This document shows, in pieces, positions 51,249 through 64,000 of a stretch of 64,000 nt of DNA (position 1 is its first letter; the number at the start of each line of letters is the position of its first letter). A model generated the notes under the pieces. It searched no databases. It was not told the DNA's origin and saw only the letters and a list, made by a program, of their open reading frames with translations. The position numbers were made by a program, and so were the translations under genes. Source of the DNA: the human T2T-CHM13v2.0 reference genome, Homo sapiens. Location: assembly GCF_009914755.1 (NCBI RefSeq), contig NC_060926.1; one strand, written 5' to 3'.

Positions 51249-52372
51249 TTTTTTTTTCTTTAAGTTCTAGGATACATGGGCACAACGTGCATGTTTGTTA
51301 CATAGGTATACATGTTCCATGTTGGTGTGCTGCACCCATTAACTCGTCATTTACATTAGGTATTTCTCTTAATGCTATCCCTCCCCACTCCTCCCATCCC
51401 ACAACAGGCCATGGTGTGTGATGTTCCCCGCCCTGTGTCCAAGTGTTCTCATTGTTCAGTTCCCACTATGAGTGAGAATATGCGGTGTTTGGTTTTCTGT
51501 CTTTGCAATAGTTTGTTCAGAATGATGGTTTCCAGCTTCATCCATGTCTCTACAAAGGATACGAACTCATCCTTTTTTATGGCTGCATAGTATTCCATGG
51601 TGTATATGTGCCACATTTTCTTAATCAAGTCTATCATTGATGGACATTTGGATTGGTTCCAAGTCTTTTCTATTGTGAATAGTGCTGCAATAAACATATG
51701 TGTGCATGTGTCTTTATAGCAGCATGATTTATAATTCTTCGGGCATATACCCAGTAATGGGATCGCTGGGTGAAATGATATTTCTAGTTCTAGACCCCGG
51801 AGGAATTGCCACACTGTCTTCCACAATGGTTGAACTAGTTTACATTCCCACCAACAGCATAAAAGTGTTCCTGTTTTTCCACATCCTCTCCAGCACCTGT
51901 TGTTTCCTGACTTTTTAATGATCGCCATTCTAACTGGTGTGAGATGGTATCTCATTGTGGTTTTGATTTGCATTTCTCTGATGACCAGTGATGATGAGCA
52001 TTTTTTCATGTGTCTGTTGGCTGCATAAATGTCTTCTTTTTAGAAGTGTCTGTTCATATCCTTTGCCCACTTTTTGATGGGGTTGTTTGATTTTTTCTTG
52101 TAAATTTGTTTGAGTTCTTTGTAGATTCTGGATATTCGCCCTTTGTCAGATGAGTAGGTTGCAAAAATTTTCTCCCATTCTGTAGGTTGCCTGTTGACTC
52201 TGATGGTAGTTTCTTTTGCTGAGCAGAAGCTCTTTAGTTTAATTAGATCCCATTTGTCAATTTCAGCTTCTGTTGCCATTGCTTTTGGTGTTTTAGTCAT
52301 GAAGTCCTTGCCCATGCCTATGTCCTGAATGGCATTGTCTAGGTTTTCTTCTAGGGTTTTTATGGTTTTAGG
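51249..52372 (-). mobile_element. 5'-truncated L1PA5/6-like element
   Basis: Poly-T then antisense L1 3' UTR and ORF2 (ORFs 51449-52009 and 52040-52315 are ORF2p). TSD TATCAGCTTT at 51242-51251 / 52376-52385. Confidence 0.96.
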
Positions 52373-54616
52373 AACTATCAGCTTTAAGCGTGGAATTTCA
52401 GTGCCTGGGTTTGCATTTTTTTACTAAGATTTCATTGGTATCAGGTAGTAAAAATTTTATTGTCAAGGATGATGAAAGACTGAACAAAGCAGATTTATTA
52501 TAGATGCATTGTACATTAGCTTACGGCCAAGTGACGTTAAGGCACATTCCTGAAATAAAAGTTTTCACAGCAGTTCAAAGAGAGAAGAGACCAAATCCAT
52601 TCAACACTAAAGCATCAGCACCTAATTCACATGGCTAATATAATAGCACAGAGTTCCTACAAAAATTACATCATCAGCCCTTCAAATTAAGGTAGCTTAT
52701 TTGGATCTTATTGCATTGAAGTTTTGTTGGCAATTAATTTGCAAATTGATTTTGTTAACTTGTAAGAATAACAAGCTTAAAAATTGATATTAGTTTTACA
52801 TACACATATTTTAAGTTAACATTTTTATAATAAAAATAACTTAAGTTGGCCCGGATAGGGGTATCTGTGAGAATTGTTTTCTACATCATCCATTTTAATA
52901 AGAAGAAGAAAAAATTTAAAGAAATTTTGATTAGGAAAATATTTTTGTTTTATGGGTTACATAAGAATAATAAATAAGTAGATGATACACACTGAATATT
53001 TACAAAGGTATGTCACAGGAAAGAAGCTGCATGATATTTTAAAGGAATTCTGCAGAGCTACTTTATTATGTTGAAAACTGTTGTATCATTTGTACATTCC
53101 TATTAACAGGATGGGGTGCAGGGAGTAAATTTTCTGAAAAGCAAAGATTTTGTAAACTAGACAGTTTGGAATAACCATATTTGGCATTTGAGATTATTTT
53201 GGTGAAATTCATCTACTTGTGCAGTTTAATTTTTTAATAAGAAAATATATTGGCTTCCAACCATCCTAAATGGATTTCAATTATCTTATTCTTTTTTATT
53301 TTATTTGTAAAATATATTCAAAAAATGTAATGTTAAGTCAGTTCACAAAGACACTGGCTTTTTAAAGCCACAAATATTGAATGTGATGCTTATTTTTGGC
53401 ATATCCTGTGGAAAACACAGACTAGAAATATTATTATGACAGCTTATATACTTGCAAAATATTTGCTGACACTGTTCTTCAAGCTTAGGTAATAACGTTC
53501 TTCTGCCATTATATTTTATAGACCTAGCATCATATCTGATTCTCTGATTTGCATATTACATGGTTAATGTTCGTTGCTGGGATATTTCTAATTTATTATT
53601 ATTATTTATATATAACACCTTTTGTTATTAGCTATACCTCCAATCATATGTATAAGATGAGATAATAGTATTATTCAGATGGGTCTTCTTACACATTACA
53701 CACACAAATATACTAAGTGAAATCATGTCTTTGCTTGCAAATGTAGTGCTATTTCCCCATTTTTAAACTTTTTTGTTTTTCAGAAATGAGGGCAATAACA
53801 GGTTGCTGCATTAAAAGTATTTCATTAGATTCTAATTGTGATTAAGGAGTATATTTGCAGCTCACCTTATGGGCATAGATTAAAGATGTGAAGTAGCACA
53901 CAAGGGACTTCATTAGCATGGTGATTACAAGTTAATCAGTAATACAAAGAACAGAGAAATAATGAAACAGAAAAACAAATTTTTGATGCATTCATTATTA
54001 GATTTTCTTGGCTTTTAAAGGTTTAAAAACTATCAGGCTAATGTTTGGTACTTTCATCTTTTTAGATTGTGCTATCCTAAGGGAATAGTTTAGTGCTGCC
54101 GGGTAAAACCACTGAGGGAGAGGCGTCATTGGGTCATTTATTTTATTTTATTTTATTTTATTTTTCTAGACAATAAGCATTTAGTAAATGAATACTAGCA
54201 GCAAGGCACACTACTAGGTTCTGTGATGAATACAAATGCAAGCAAGAATGAAACTTGAATATAAGAAAAACACATACAACAAAGCAAAGTTTAAGTTCTC
54301 GGTGAAAAGAGAAAATTTTGATGGGGATATCAGAGAAGGATATGAAAAACATTAGGATTCAATCTAAATCTTGAAGAACAGGATTCTAAGAGGTAGACAT
54401 CATAAATTGGCATTCAAGGAAGATGACATAGGATAAGCAAAAACAGGGGTAAAAATTGTTCATTTATGTTTGAAAAAACATAAAGTAGAATGAAATTTTT
54501 ACAGAGCAAAGTACCTATAGAACAATAAGAGGAGATAGAATTGCTAAAGAAAAATTGGGCCCCGATGCAAGAAGATATTAAGGAGTTTGAGTTTTTATCT
54601 CTAAGCCGTGGGGGTC

Positions 54617-54976
54617 TGTATTAGTCCATTTTCCTACTGCTATAAAGAAATACCCGAGACTGGGTAATTTATAAAGGAAAGAGATTTAAGTGACTCCCAG
54701 TTCCACATGGCTGGGGACGCCTCAGGAAACTTACAATCATGGCGGGAGGCAAACGGAAAGCCAGCACCTTCTTCAGTAGACAGAGGAGAGAGAAGGGCAA
54801 GCAAACAAGGAAGTTCCATGCTTTTAAAGCCATCAGATCTCGTGAGAATCCCCTCACTATCACAAGAACAGCGTGGAGGAAACCACCCCCGTGATCCAAT
54901 TACCTCCCTCCCTCCACACGTGGGGATTACAATTCAAGATGAGATTTGGGTGGGAACACAGAGCCAAACCATATCA
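54617..54976 (-). mobile_element. THE1D/MSTA MaLR solo LTR
   Basis: TGTATTAGTCCATTTT ... GAGCCAAACCATATCA. Perfect 5-bp TSD GGGTC (54612-54616 / 54977-54981). Confidence 0.93.
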
Positions 54977-56169
54977 GGGTCCAATGGATGGGGAAAAAAA
55001 AAGATGCTCATTTTTGAAAATTCAAAAAATAGAAAGAATTAAAGTATGCCACCTAAAGTCATTTAAGGTTTTTTGTGCATGGAAATGATAGATGAGCAGA
55101 GATATAAATGAATCACACTAGGGTTTTGAAAATATGCTATAAGTGGCCAATGTGAAGAATATAAGTTTGGAGTATGCATATTTATTCTTTTTCTTTGAAT
55201 GAAAAAACAGACCTATGAATTTTTCATCATTTGCACCAGTAACTTTTCTGCATTTCCCGAGGTAATTTTACATCCACTCCTTTGTCTTATTTCTGTAAAA
55301 CATGTAGCAGGGGTATTATTAACATTATATTTTAGTGAAAATATTAAGTGACTTGTCCAAGGTCAACCAACCAGCTTAAGATAGAGTCAAAATTAGAATT
55401 CAGAATTCTCAGAACATGTTTCAGTGTTCTTACCACTGTATTTATTCAAACCACCAGAATCAAGGCATGGAATAGCAGTGTTCTGTACAGTATTCCTTCA
55501 CATATTCACCCACTCTTCCAGAACATTTATTAGTGCCGGATGGCAAGGTATCATGAGGATAAGAGGTAAATAAGACATAATCTTGACTTCCAGGTTCTTA
55601 GCCTTTCATGAAACATTCATAGTGATAATAAGATGGAATATTCAGCAGAAACTTCTATTATGCATGGTACTGGGCTCCATTTTATGAAAAACTTTCTTTC
55701 TTCTGGAGAAAATTCAATCAGAGTAGATCATTATTTCTAATTCCTCTTTGTATTGCTTGTTCATGCCAAAGAGGAGGAAAGACATCTCTAATACATGAGT
55801 TTTTAAAAGGTAAGGCTGAAGTCCATCCAGGCTTGTTTAGGAGCCAGTCTGCCAGGCAGATGGGTGCACTCTGGACTGCCCTGTGCTATGCAGTGCCGCT
55901 TCAGGGGAAGCCTGTAGTAACTCGGTTGCACTAGTGACTGGGTTAGTAAGTCTGATTGAGGGTAAAGTACTGGTAAACACTCTTGGCTGTAGGTCTAAAG
56001 TCATGCTTTCCAATTACCTTTCTCATAATGCAGCCAACATCTTCACTTCCTTATGCCTCATTATGCCTATCTCAATTGGATCTGCACTCAGAATGGGAAG
56101 GTAACCATGATTTGATGGCCATCTAAACATGTGTGCCTATTATCATCTTTTCACCAGCCACAGAGGAAT

Positions 56170-56300
56170 TGATTATAATGCTATTACTGTTTTCACAATG
56201 ATGAAATTGAGGCATAAAAGATTAAGTAACTTATCCACATTTCACACAGCTAGTTAGTGACAGAGCAGGGCCATGAGCTAATTCTGTGTAATTGGCCACA
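56170..56300 (-). mobile_element. MIR SINE
   Basis: ATGATGAAATTGAGGCATAAAAGATTAAGTAACTTATCCACATTTCACACAGCTAGTTAGTGACAGAGC. Confidence 0.8.
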
Positions 56301-56668
56301 CCCCAACCATAATGTAAGGTGAACAGTAACAAATTCCTTAAAAGACTCATACCATGTTATTACATATTCAATTCCATAAACAAAGATCATAATTTGTCTT
56401 TTAACAGTGGATCGTCTCAAAGAAGGAGCAAAAATCCTTTTGAGAGACATGTTATTCATTAATATGACCCAGCAGAGTAATCTTTTAAACATGAAAAAAA
56501 TTATTTTATTTATGAGTCAGATGCCATAATTCACCCAATTCTATTCTATATGACCTCACTCTCAGCTCCTATTGCAGTTTCTACTAGGTAGCACTAAATA
56601 TAAATTCTAGTTAGGGCAATAAAATAACATAGTTTTCCATGGTCTGTCACCAATACCTAAATTGCTTT

Positions 56669-57653
56669 CTTTTTTTTTTTTATAGTAGAATGTTTGCTTT
56701 TTTTATTTTTTAGATCAGTGCCATTTACAGGTGCCATTTGCCGAAGGCAAATTTATTCTTTTTTTATTTTTATTTTATTATTATTATACTTTAAGTTTTA
56801 GGGTACATGTGCACAATGTGCAGGTTAGTTACATATGTATACATGTGCCATGTCGGTGTGCCGCACCCATTAACTCGTCATTTAGCATTAGTTATATCTC
56901 CTAATGCTATCCCTCCCCCCACCCCCACCCCACAACAGTCCCCAGAGTGTGATGTTCCCCTTCCTGTGTCCATGTGTTCTCATTGTTCAATTCCCACCTA
57001 TGAGTGAGAACATGCGGTGTTTGGTTTTTTGTCCTTGCCATAGTTTACTGAGAATGATGATTTCCAATTTCATCCATGTCCCTACAAAGGACATGAACTC
57101 ATCATTTTTTATGGCTGCATAGTATTCCATGGTGTATATGTGCCACATTTTCTTAATCCAGTCTATCATTGTTGGACATTTGGGTTGGTTCCAAGTCTTT
57201 ACTATTGTGAATAGTGCCGCAATAAACATACGCATGCATGTGTCTTTATAGCAGCATGATTTATAGTCCTTTGGGTATATACCCAGTAATGGGATGGCTG
57301 GGTCAAATGGTATCTACAATGAACTCAAACAAATTTACAAGAAAAAAACAAACAACCCCATCAAAAGGTGGGCGAAGGACATGAACAGACACTTCTCAAA
57401 AGAAAACATTTATGCAGCCAAAAAACACATGAAAAAATGCTCACCATCACTGGCCATCAGAGAAATGCAAATCAAAACCACAATGAGATACCATCTCACA
57501 CCAGTTAGAATGGCAATCATTAAAAAGTCAGGAAACAACAGGTGCTGGAGAGGATGTGGAGAAATAGGAACACTTTTACACTGTTGGTGGGACTGTAAAC
57601 TAGTTCAACCATTGTGGAAGTCAGTGTGGCGATTCCTCAGGGATCTAGAACTA
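56669..57653 (-). mobile_element. L1PA3-like insertion with 5' inversion (twin priming) and 3' transduction
   Basis: TSD CTAAATTGCTTT at 56657-56668 / 57651-57662. Order: poly-T, ~77 nt non-L1, second T-rich tail, antisense L1 to 57313, then sense L1 57312-57653. Confidence 0.95.
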
Positions 57654-57933
57654 AATTGCTTTTCAATAAGAAGAACCTGGTTTCTGGTTTCTCAACCAAA
57701 TCAAAGACTCAGTCCAGTTAGATTCAGGGAGTGTGTATTTTACCTGGAGTCTGATTATACTTGGAGAGTCTCTCTCTGAGAATTAGTTAAGTACAAGAGC
57801 ACTTATACTCTTGAGGTATGCTATAGATTCATTATATAATATTATAGAGGAGATACAATATATGTTAATCACAATATAGCTACAATAAATATGTGAAAGA
57901 CAGGCTAGAGACCCTACTCTGTATGTTAGCTTC

Positions 57934-58475
57934 TGTGTCAGAGAGTCCTCAAGACCACCTACAGGTTTAAAGCTTTGCCTCAGGACTCAGCATAAGTTGA
58001 ACTCAGGATTATGATTTTTTTATAGCAAAAGGATACAAAGCAATATCAGCAAAGGAAAGAGGTACATGGAGTGAAATCTGGAGGAAACCAGGCACAAGTT
58101 TTCAAAGGTCCTCTCCTAGTGGAATAACACAGGATGCTCTTAATTTCCCAAAAATAAGTAATGATGTGAGTGAAATGTTTTCAACTAGGGAGGTTCATTA
58201 GGGACTCAGTGCCCTGGGTGTTTACTTCGGGTTGGTCATATAGGCAGTTTCTGCCTGGCATATACCAAAATTCCAAACACTTAAAAAGAAAGCAGTTGTT
58301 CAACATAAACCAGGTGAACCTATTGTAAGGTTTAGGCAGAACAGTTTAGGCAGAGTAAATCACTCTTATCAGTTAATGCTGGGAAATCTAAGTTCCCAGA
58401 CAGCAACCAAGGGCTAAGCTTCTCTTTCTAAGAACATGCAGTCTCAAACCTGCCATGTTAAAGATTTTCTGTACA
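57934..58475 (-). mobile_element. MER68/MER77-family ERVL solo LTR
   Basis: Minus strand begins TGTACAGAAAATCTTTAACATGGCAGGTTTGAGACTGC. Perfect 5-bp TSD GCTTC (57929-57933 / 58476-58480). Confidence 0.85.
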
Positions 58476-59079
58476 GCTTCCAAGGGGGGAAAAAAAAGCA
58501 TTAAAATAGAGCTCAGTGGGCACTTTATTGAGGAATCACCAGCAGAGCAGTGTTTGGTCTTTTTAATTTCTAAAAAAAAAAAAAAAGAAATCTCAAAAAG
58601 TTTCACTTTCTTTAGATTCTATTCACACTAAAAGACATTGTGTCATTGAACAATTACACGTATTATTTCTTTTATTGTTAGGAGTTCAAAATTCTTCTCT
58701 TGACTTATGAATGGGCTAGTCCTAAAAAATAGGATGATACCAAAGGTCTATTCTCTACTTCTTATACCAAACTTCTCTTTCTTCAGCAAAGCTGTTTTGA
58801 ACATCCTATTTGGTTTCCAGTTATAAGAAGAATTTAACTAAATTGAAAAAGAGGAAAAAAGTCACCAGCTTTTCCATCATGCTAAGATTACCATTTTAAC
58901 TCATTGGTGTGTATATTTCAGAGTTTTTGTAAGCATATATATGCTCATTTTCTTCTTTACAAATAGGAATCGTGCTTTCTTGACCCAACAATATGCCTTC
59001 CTTACTACTAAATATCTTTCTATATGACTGTACATTCCTTTGTACAGAGGCACTGCAGCATATTTAGCTAAGCATCATT

Positions 59080-60040
59080 ATTTTCACATGCATCAGTTTT
59101 ACACACTATTCTAGGTAAAATAGGCTGACAGTAATCCTACTCTCAAGGAGATGACATTCTCTTGGGGAGAGAAAGACAAAAAGAAATGAGGTAGTTACAA
59201 GAAGTAGCAAGTACTATGAAAAAACAGACAATGTGATAAAGTAGGGAGGAGAAACTGCTTTAACTTGAATGGCAACTGAATATCTCATGAAGAGAAAACA
59301 CGTGTTTTGAAACCTGGATGATGAGAATAAGGTCATCTTGGGAAGATCTGGAGGGAGAGCATTTCAAGCAGAGCAACAGTCATCGTAAAGACTTTGAGCC
59401 AAGAATAGTGGCCATGGGCAGGGTTTCTTTTCTATATGCAGAGAAAAACCTTTGGAGATTTCTGAACAAGGTAAAGACGAGTTAATTTTTTTTTTTTCTT
59501 GAGACAGTCTCGCTCTGTCGCCAGGCTGGAGTGCAGTGTCTTGATCTCGGCTCACTGCAGCTCCGCCTCCCAGGTTCAAGCAACTCTCCTACCTCAGCCT
59601 CCAGAGTAGCTGGGACTACAGGTGTGCACCACCACGCCCAGATAATCTTTGTATTTTTAGTAGAGACAGGGTTTTGCCGTGTTGGCCAGGCTGGTCTCCA
59701 AATCTTGGCCTCAAGTGGTCCACCCACCTTGGCCTCACAAAGTGCTGGGATTACAGGCATGAGCCACTGCACCCAGCTGAGTTAAATTTTTAAAAGTTCA
59801 TTCTGGGTATCAAGGGTCATCAATTTTAGGAAGGGAAGAGTGACATCAGAAGCTGTTATAAGAATGTGAGTAAGAGGAAATGAGGGCTTAGTATAGAAGT
59901 GTAGTAGCAGAGATGGAATAAGCTCATCATAGTTGGAAAATGCTTTGCAGCTAGAGCAAGCGATACACTTGTTGATGCATTGGATGTGAAGTGTTAGAAC
60001 AAGATATAAAGTTTGGCCCATTAATTTTTAGCTTGACCAC
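59080..60040 (-). mobile_element. L2 LINE fragments interrupted by an Alu (approximate bounds)
   Basis: CCTACTCTCAAGGAGATGACATTCT, GGAAGATCTGGAGGGAGAGCATTTCAAGCAGAG, TGCATTGGATGTG. Confidence 0.75.
59486..59778 (-). mobile_element. AluS-type SINE, full length
   Basis: Poly-T, GAGACAGTCTCGCTCTGTCGCCAGGCTGGAGTGCAGTG ... GTGCTGGGATTACAGGCATGAGCCACTGCACCCAGC. TSD GAGTTAA on both sides. Confidence 0.95.
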
Positions 60041-62308
60041 TCATTTGAAGAAGCATTTTCATAAATTTGGAATCATGCTATTTGTCATATATAACGAAAA
60101 ATATTTTTACATCTTTGTAGTTTATCCTATAATTTTGTTCATGCTGTTTTCAATACATAGTGCTACTATTTTAATTTTATGAAGTTAAATGAATCAATCT
60201 ATTCCTTATCTTTATTTCTTTTAATAATAAGCTTATAAAGTAATTCTCTACCTCCAAAATTAGTCACCTATTATTTTCTACTGAATTTTGTTTCATTTTT
60301 ACATGTTTGTAATATATCTAAAACATATTTGTGAGATGTGAATAATGAATATCCTTTCCTCTTCCGTGAGTGGCTGCCTAATTATCCCAACATCATTAGT
60401 TAGATAATTCATCTTTTATCCTCTGATTAAGATGCCACTTTAATACTACACTTAGCCTTATTTTATTTAGGTCTATTTCTGGACTCCATTTATCTGCCTA
60501 AACTTGGACTAGTACCTAATTATTTTCTCGATTATTAGATTTTTATTATACACTATAATATCTAATAAGGAAAGTCCGTCCTCATTACTCTTATTTTTCA
60601 AAATTACCTAGGTTATTCTCACATTCTTTATTCCAGATGAACTGAGAATCATATTGTCGCATTTGAGGGAAAAAAAATACAGTTTAATATGTGGTAAATT
60701 ACCAAGATGTCAGCTCTATATTTGATTGGAATTAATGTAAGTTTTTAGAATATGGCATGCTGAATCTAAAAAATGGCCTAATCACATTATGAGGAAAAGA
60801 AACAATCATTATTTTCTCCTTTCTTTATGCCCTTAAGGTAAGTTCAATTTCTTGCCATTTTTAAGAAAACCAAACTTTAGACATCTGTCATGTTTTGTAA
60901 TAGAAATGATATTGCAACAGTTTCTTTAATTATAAACATTTACATTTTACAGTACCAAATGATTCATAGTAGAGCATTTTCACATGTTTAGCCCATTATT
61001 TTAAACTTTGAGATCACATTTTTTTTCTTCAGAGGAAGAAAATAATCTAAAGTTGTTGCTTTTATCTTATATTTTAAGCCTGACCCAGGACTCAACATTT
61101 AAACACTTCTTCATGACCAGGTATGCCATATATACTTTTTGAGTTTTCCAAGCAAGATACTTTCTGAAAATGCAATTGTATGGTTTTGATGCAGTTTTTC
61201 ACATTTTAGTTTTCATTTGCTTATAAATCACACTCACTCTTTGAATATCTTATTATTCTGAATGTCTTATTACTTCCTACATATGACAGAGATATTACTT
61301 AGAAAGTAAAAAATAAGAATTAGATTCAAAAATCTTGCTTTGATTCATTGGAGGAAATTGCAGCATCATGTATATATGCAAAATTGTAGCTGCAAAAGAG
61401 TTTGGCCAGCCTGAAGTAGAGTGAACTAAGAAGTCAAAACTACAATATCAAGAAAGGGATGGAAACTTGGGTTCAGTTCAGGCTTAGTAATATTCAAGGA
61501 GTTAAAATGCACTGGTGATGCTTACAAGCAGTAAGGTGTTATCTTCATACCTCCATGTTATGTTTTTATGCCAGTTGGACACAGTCACAAGCCTCATGCT
61601 TACTGACCCATTAAAGCAAACCAGAGGTATGAAATAGAGTTCATAGCAATTGTCCGTGGTTTCTCCTGCTTTTCCTGCTTCAGTCCATGCCCATCCTCTA
61701 CCAGACTGTTGATTTCATCTGTTATTCATTTAAAGATATAGCTCCTCCTATTTGGAATTAGTTTCAGCAATGAGTTCCTCCAGCTTCTAAAATGTCCTGC
61801 CATTCCTCATCTTTCATCTTTCATCTTTGTCTTGCGCAGATGCCTTCCATTTTCCCACTCATTTCACGCAACCTCAGATAGGATTCTACATCCTGACTGA
61901 CTCCTCAGAACTCAATTACTGACCCTAAGGCCTCCACTGAGTGGTTATTATGGGAATTAGCTGATATAATTATAACAAATATGAAGCATTTTTCACTATG
62001 TAAGGAACATCAAAGACACTCAATTAATGGCAACTGCTACTAGATACAGTGTCCTACAGCAACCAGCAACCAGTTGTAAAGTAAAAGCAAACTGATGCAA
62101 ATAATTTCTTTGTTGACCAACAGCTTAAAAAAATAGGTTGGCTGTTTTATTTTTATTTAATTAGCTAAGCATTTAGTGTCACAAACAGAATCAATATCAG
62201 TGTGTGACAGCTGGTGGTCACCCTTATGTTCATTATGTTTTTATATAGGAACAATTTTCACATCTGCAGAAAAAAAAGGAGGCATTAGAGAGAAAAGTTG
62301 AATATAAG

Positions 62309-62641
62309 TAGGGTAAGCATATGTCCTCATTACTTGTGACAGTACCAGTGAATACCTGTTATCCTAGCATTATTATTAATAGTGGCCAGTTTCACTCTCC
62401 ATCATGGCATTATCCAACTGAATTTTCTGTGGTGATAAAAATGTTCTCTATCCAGGCTACCCAATATGGTAGCTACTAGTCAACGTGGCTATTGAGCCTT
62501 CAAAATGTGACTAACGCGGCTCAATTAATTGTATTCAACTTCAATTTAAATTTAATTAGCCACATGTAGCTACTGGCTGTTATATTGAACAGTGTAGCTC
62601 TAAAGTGTCGTGGTTTAAATGATATGTTCTATGGTCATACT
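62309..62641. mobile_element. MER94-like hAT-Blackjack MITE with nested MER3 (~62403-62598)
   Basis: Outer termini TAGGGTAAGCATATGTCC ... TATGGTCATACTA. Inner MER3 motifs CCAATATGGTAGCTACTAGTCAACGTGGCTATTGAG and TAGCCACATGTAGCTAC. Confidence 0.7.
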
Positions 62642-64000
62642 AACGATAAAGTGTATTTGGTGAACTGAAGTCCTTAAGGCCATTTGAGGAATATAATCCA
62701 GGTGGAAGAATTAGTCTTAAAAAAGCAAATTGACCTTCCCACCTCATCAGCAAGAGGGACTGGGAGACCATACATGGAAAGTTTTCAGGTGAAAGAATGG
62801 ATAATTTAGAAAGCTCATGTCAAATAATCTTAATACATTCAATAAAATAAGATATTTTCAGAAAGTGAAGGGCAGGTGTTTCGGAACCACAAATTACCAC
62901 ACATCAGAGGAGAGAGACAAAAGTTCAAGGGGGAGCTAAACCTTCCTAGCTGTGATAATGGGACCTCATGTTCTTGCTATGTTCTTCATTCCATATATGT
63001 TTTTATCATTTCTTACCTACCACAGTCCAATTCACCTCACAAGCTGCACCTTGTGTTCCTGACTCATTAACATGCAACTGGCAAAAAAAGAAGTAACCTT
63101 TTCTTGACTAATTTTCTTTCTTCAATTCAACAAGAGCCTGTGAAGTACTGTGCAATTAATAAGAATGTAGGGAGAAGTAAAGGTCTCATTTTATGGTTTA
63201 AAAAGGATTAATTTCACAAAGAGGAAACTAGTTAAAATTCTAATAGTGGTTGGTATGCATTCTGTAGCACAGAACCTAATTGAGCCATTTTCTATGTTTT
63301 ACAAGAATAACAGAACAAGTGGTCGTTTAATTTTTTTCTGTATTGCAATATATTTGAATGTACTTATTCATTAAATCATAATTACGAGTGACATACAGAC
63401 CTAATTCATTACCATAGCACTTACTGGCACTCAACATGTGACTTGTTAATATTTGTTCTTATTTAAGGGCAAACAGAATTATTTCATTTCAGATATGAAA
63501 AGTTATTTTAAATACTTGAACAAACTGAGATTGCCCTATTTTTACTTAAATTTACTTTCCTTCTGCTAAATATCCATAGAAGTTTAATCTAGTATGGCTC
63601 ACAAATTACAATATTTATTTGGCTTTTTTCTGTTTATATGGCGTTCCCATGACAATTAGCGATATATATTTTATTACTGCCTCTAGAAAATATTACTTTG
63701 AGCAGAGGGGGAAAACACTTTTTGCTTTTTTATTTTTCATCTTTCTGAATCTCCAAACAGGCTAACAAAGATAATATTGCTTTCAGAGTCTCTTATTTAA
63801 AAAAAAATACTGGGCCTAGAAACCACACAGCTGGTCTTTTCAATTTTCTTAACTACTGAATTGTATTAGCTGCATGATCTGAGTCAATTGATTGTGCAGA
63901 AATCAATGGCTGAGAAGGCGAGATCTTCTCTCCTGGTTGGCCTCATTCCTAAGCCTCTGAGCATGGGATATTCACTCAGCGCACCATCAACTTTTAAAAT

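Noticed and set aside
57294-57779. 161-aa chimeric ORF
   Set aside because: A by-product of the twin-priming junction reading from antisense L1 through sense ORF2 into flank. No expression signals.
1-64000. Inferring a host-gene strand from L1/LTR orientation bias
   Set aside because: L1s and LTRs occur in both orientations in similar numbers, so no strand or gene identity can be inferred.

Overview
AT-rich, repeat-dense primate genomic DNA. L1PA3-type insertions point to a hominoid or great-ape genome. I found no credible protein-coding gene, tRNA, rRNA or CRISPR array. The longer ORFs come from L1 ORF2 3' ends, a decayed Tigger1 transposase, GC-rich MER52, MaLR LTRs and Alus. Much of the window is a fossil record of nested transposable elements, many with readable target-site duplications (TSDs). 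Subfamily names are from recalled consensus sequences and need RepeatMasker/Dfam confirmation. The best sequence-level observations are: (1) a 243-bp, ~99%-identical inverted duplication inside an old MER52 LTR (980-1635); (2) an L1PA3-like insertion combining a twin-priming 5' inversion with a ~77-nt 3' transduction between 12-bp TSDs (56657-57662); (3) a ~35-bp apparent templated insertion copied from 1010 bp upstream (19384-19427); (4) a candidate 42-nt minus-strand cassette exon (24656-24697); (5) a CpG-retaining unique multi-stem hairpin next to a minus-strand splice donor (13911-14027). I cannot support a new biological system from this sequence alone.
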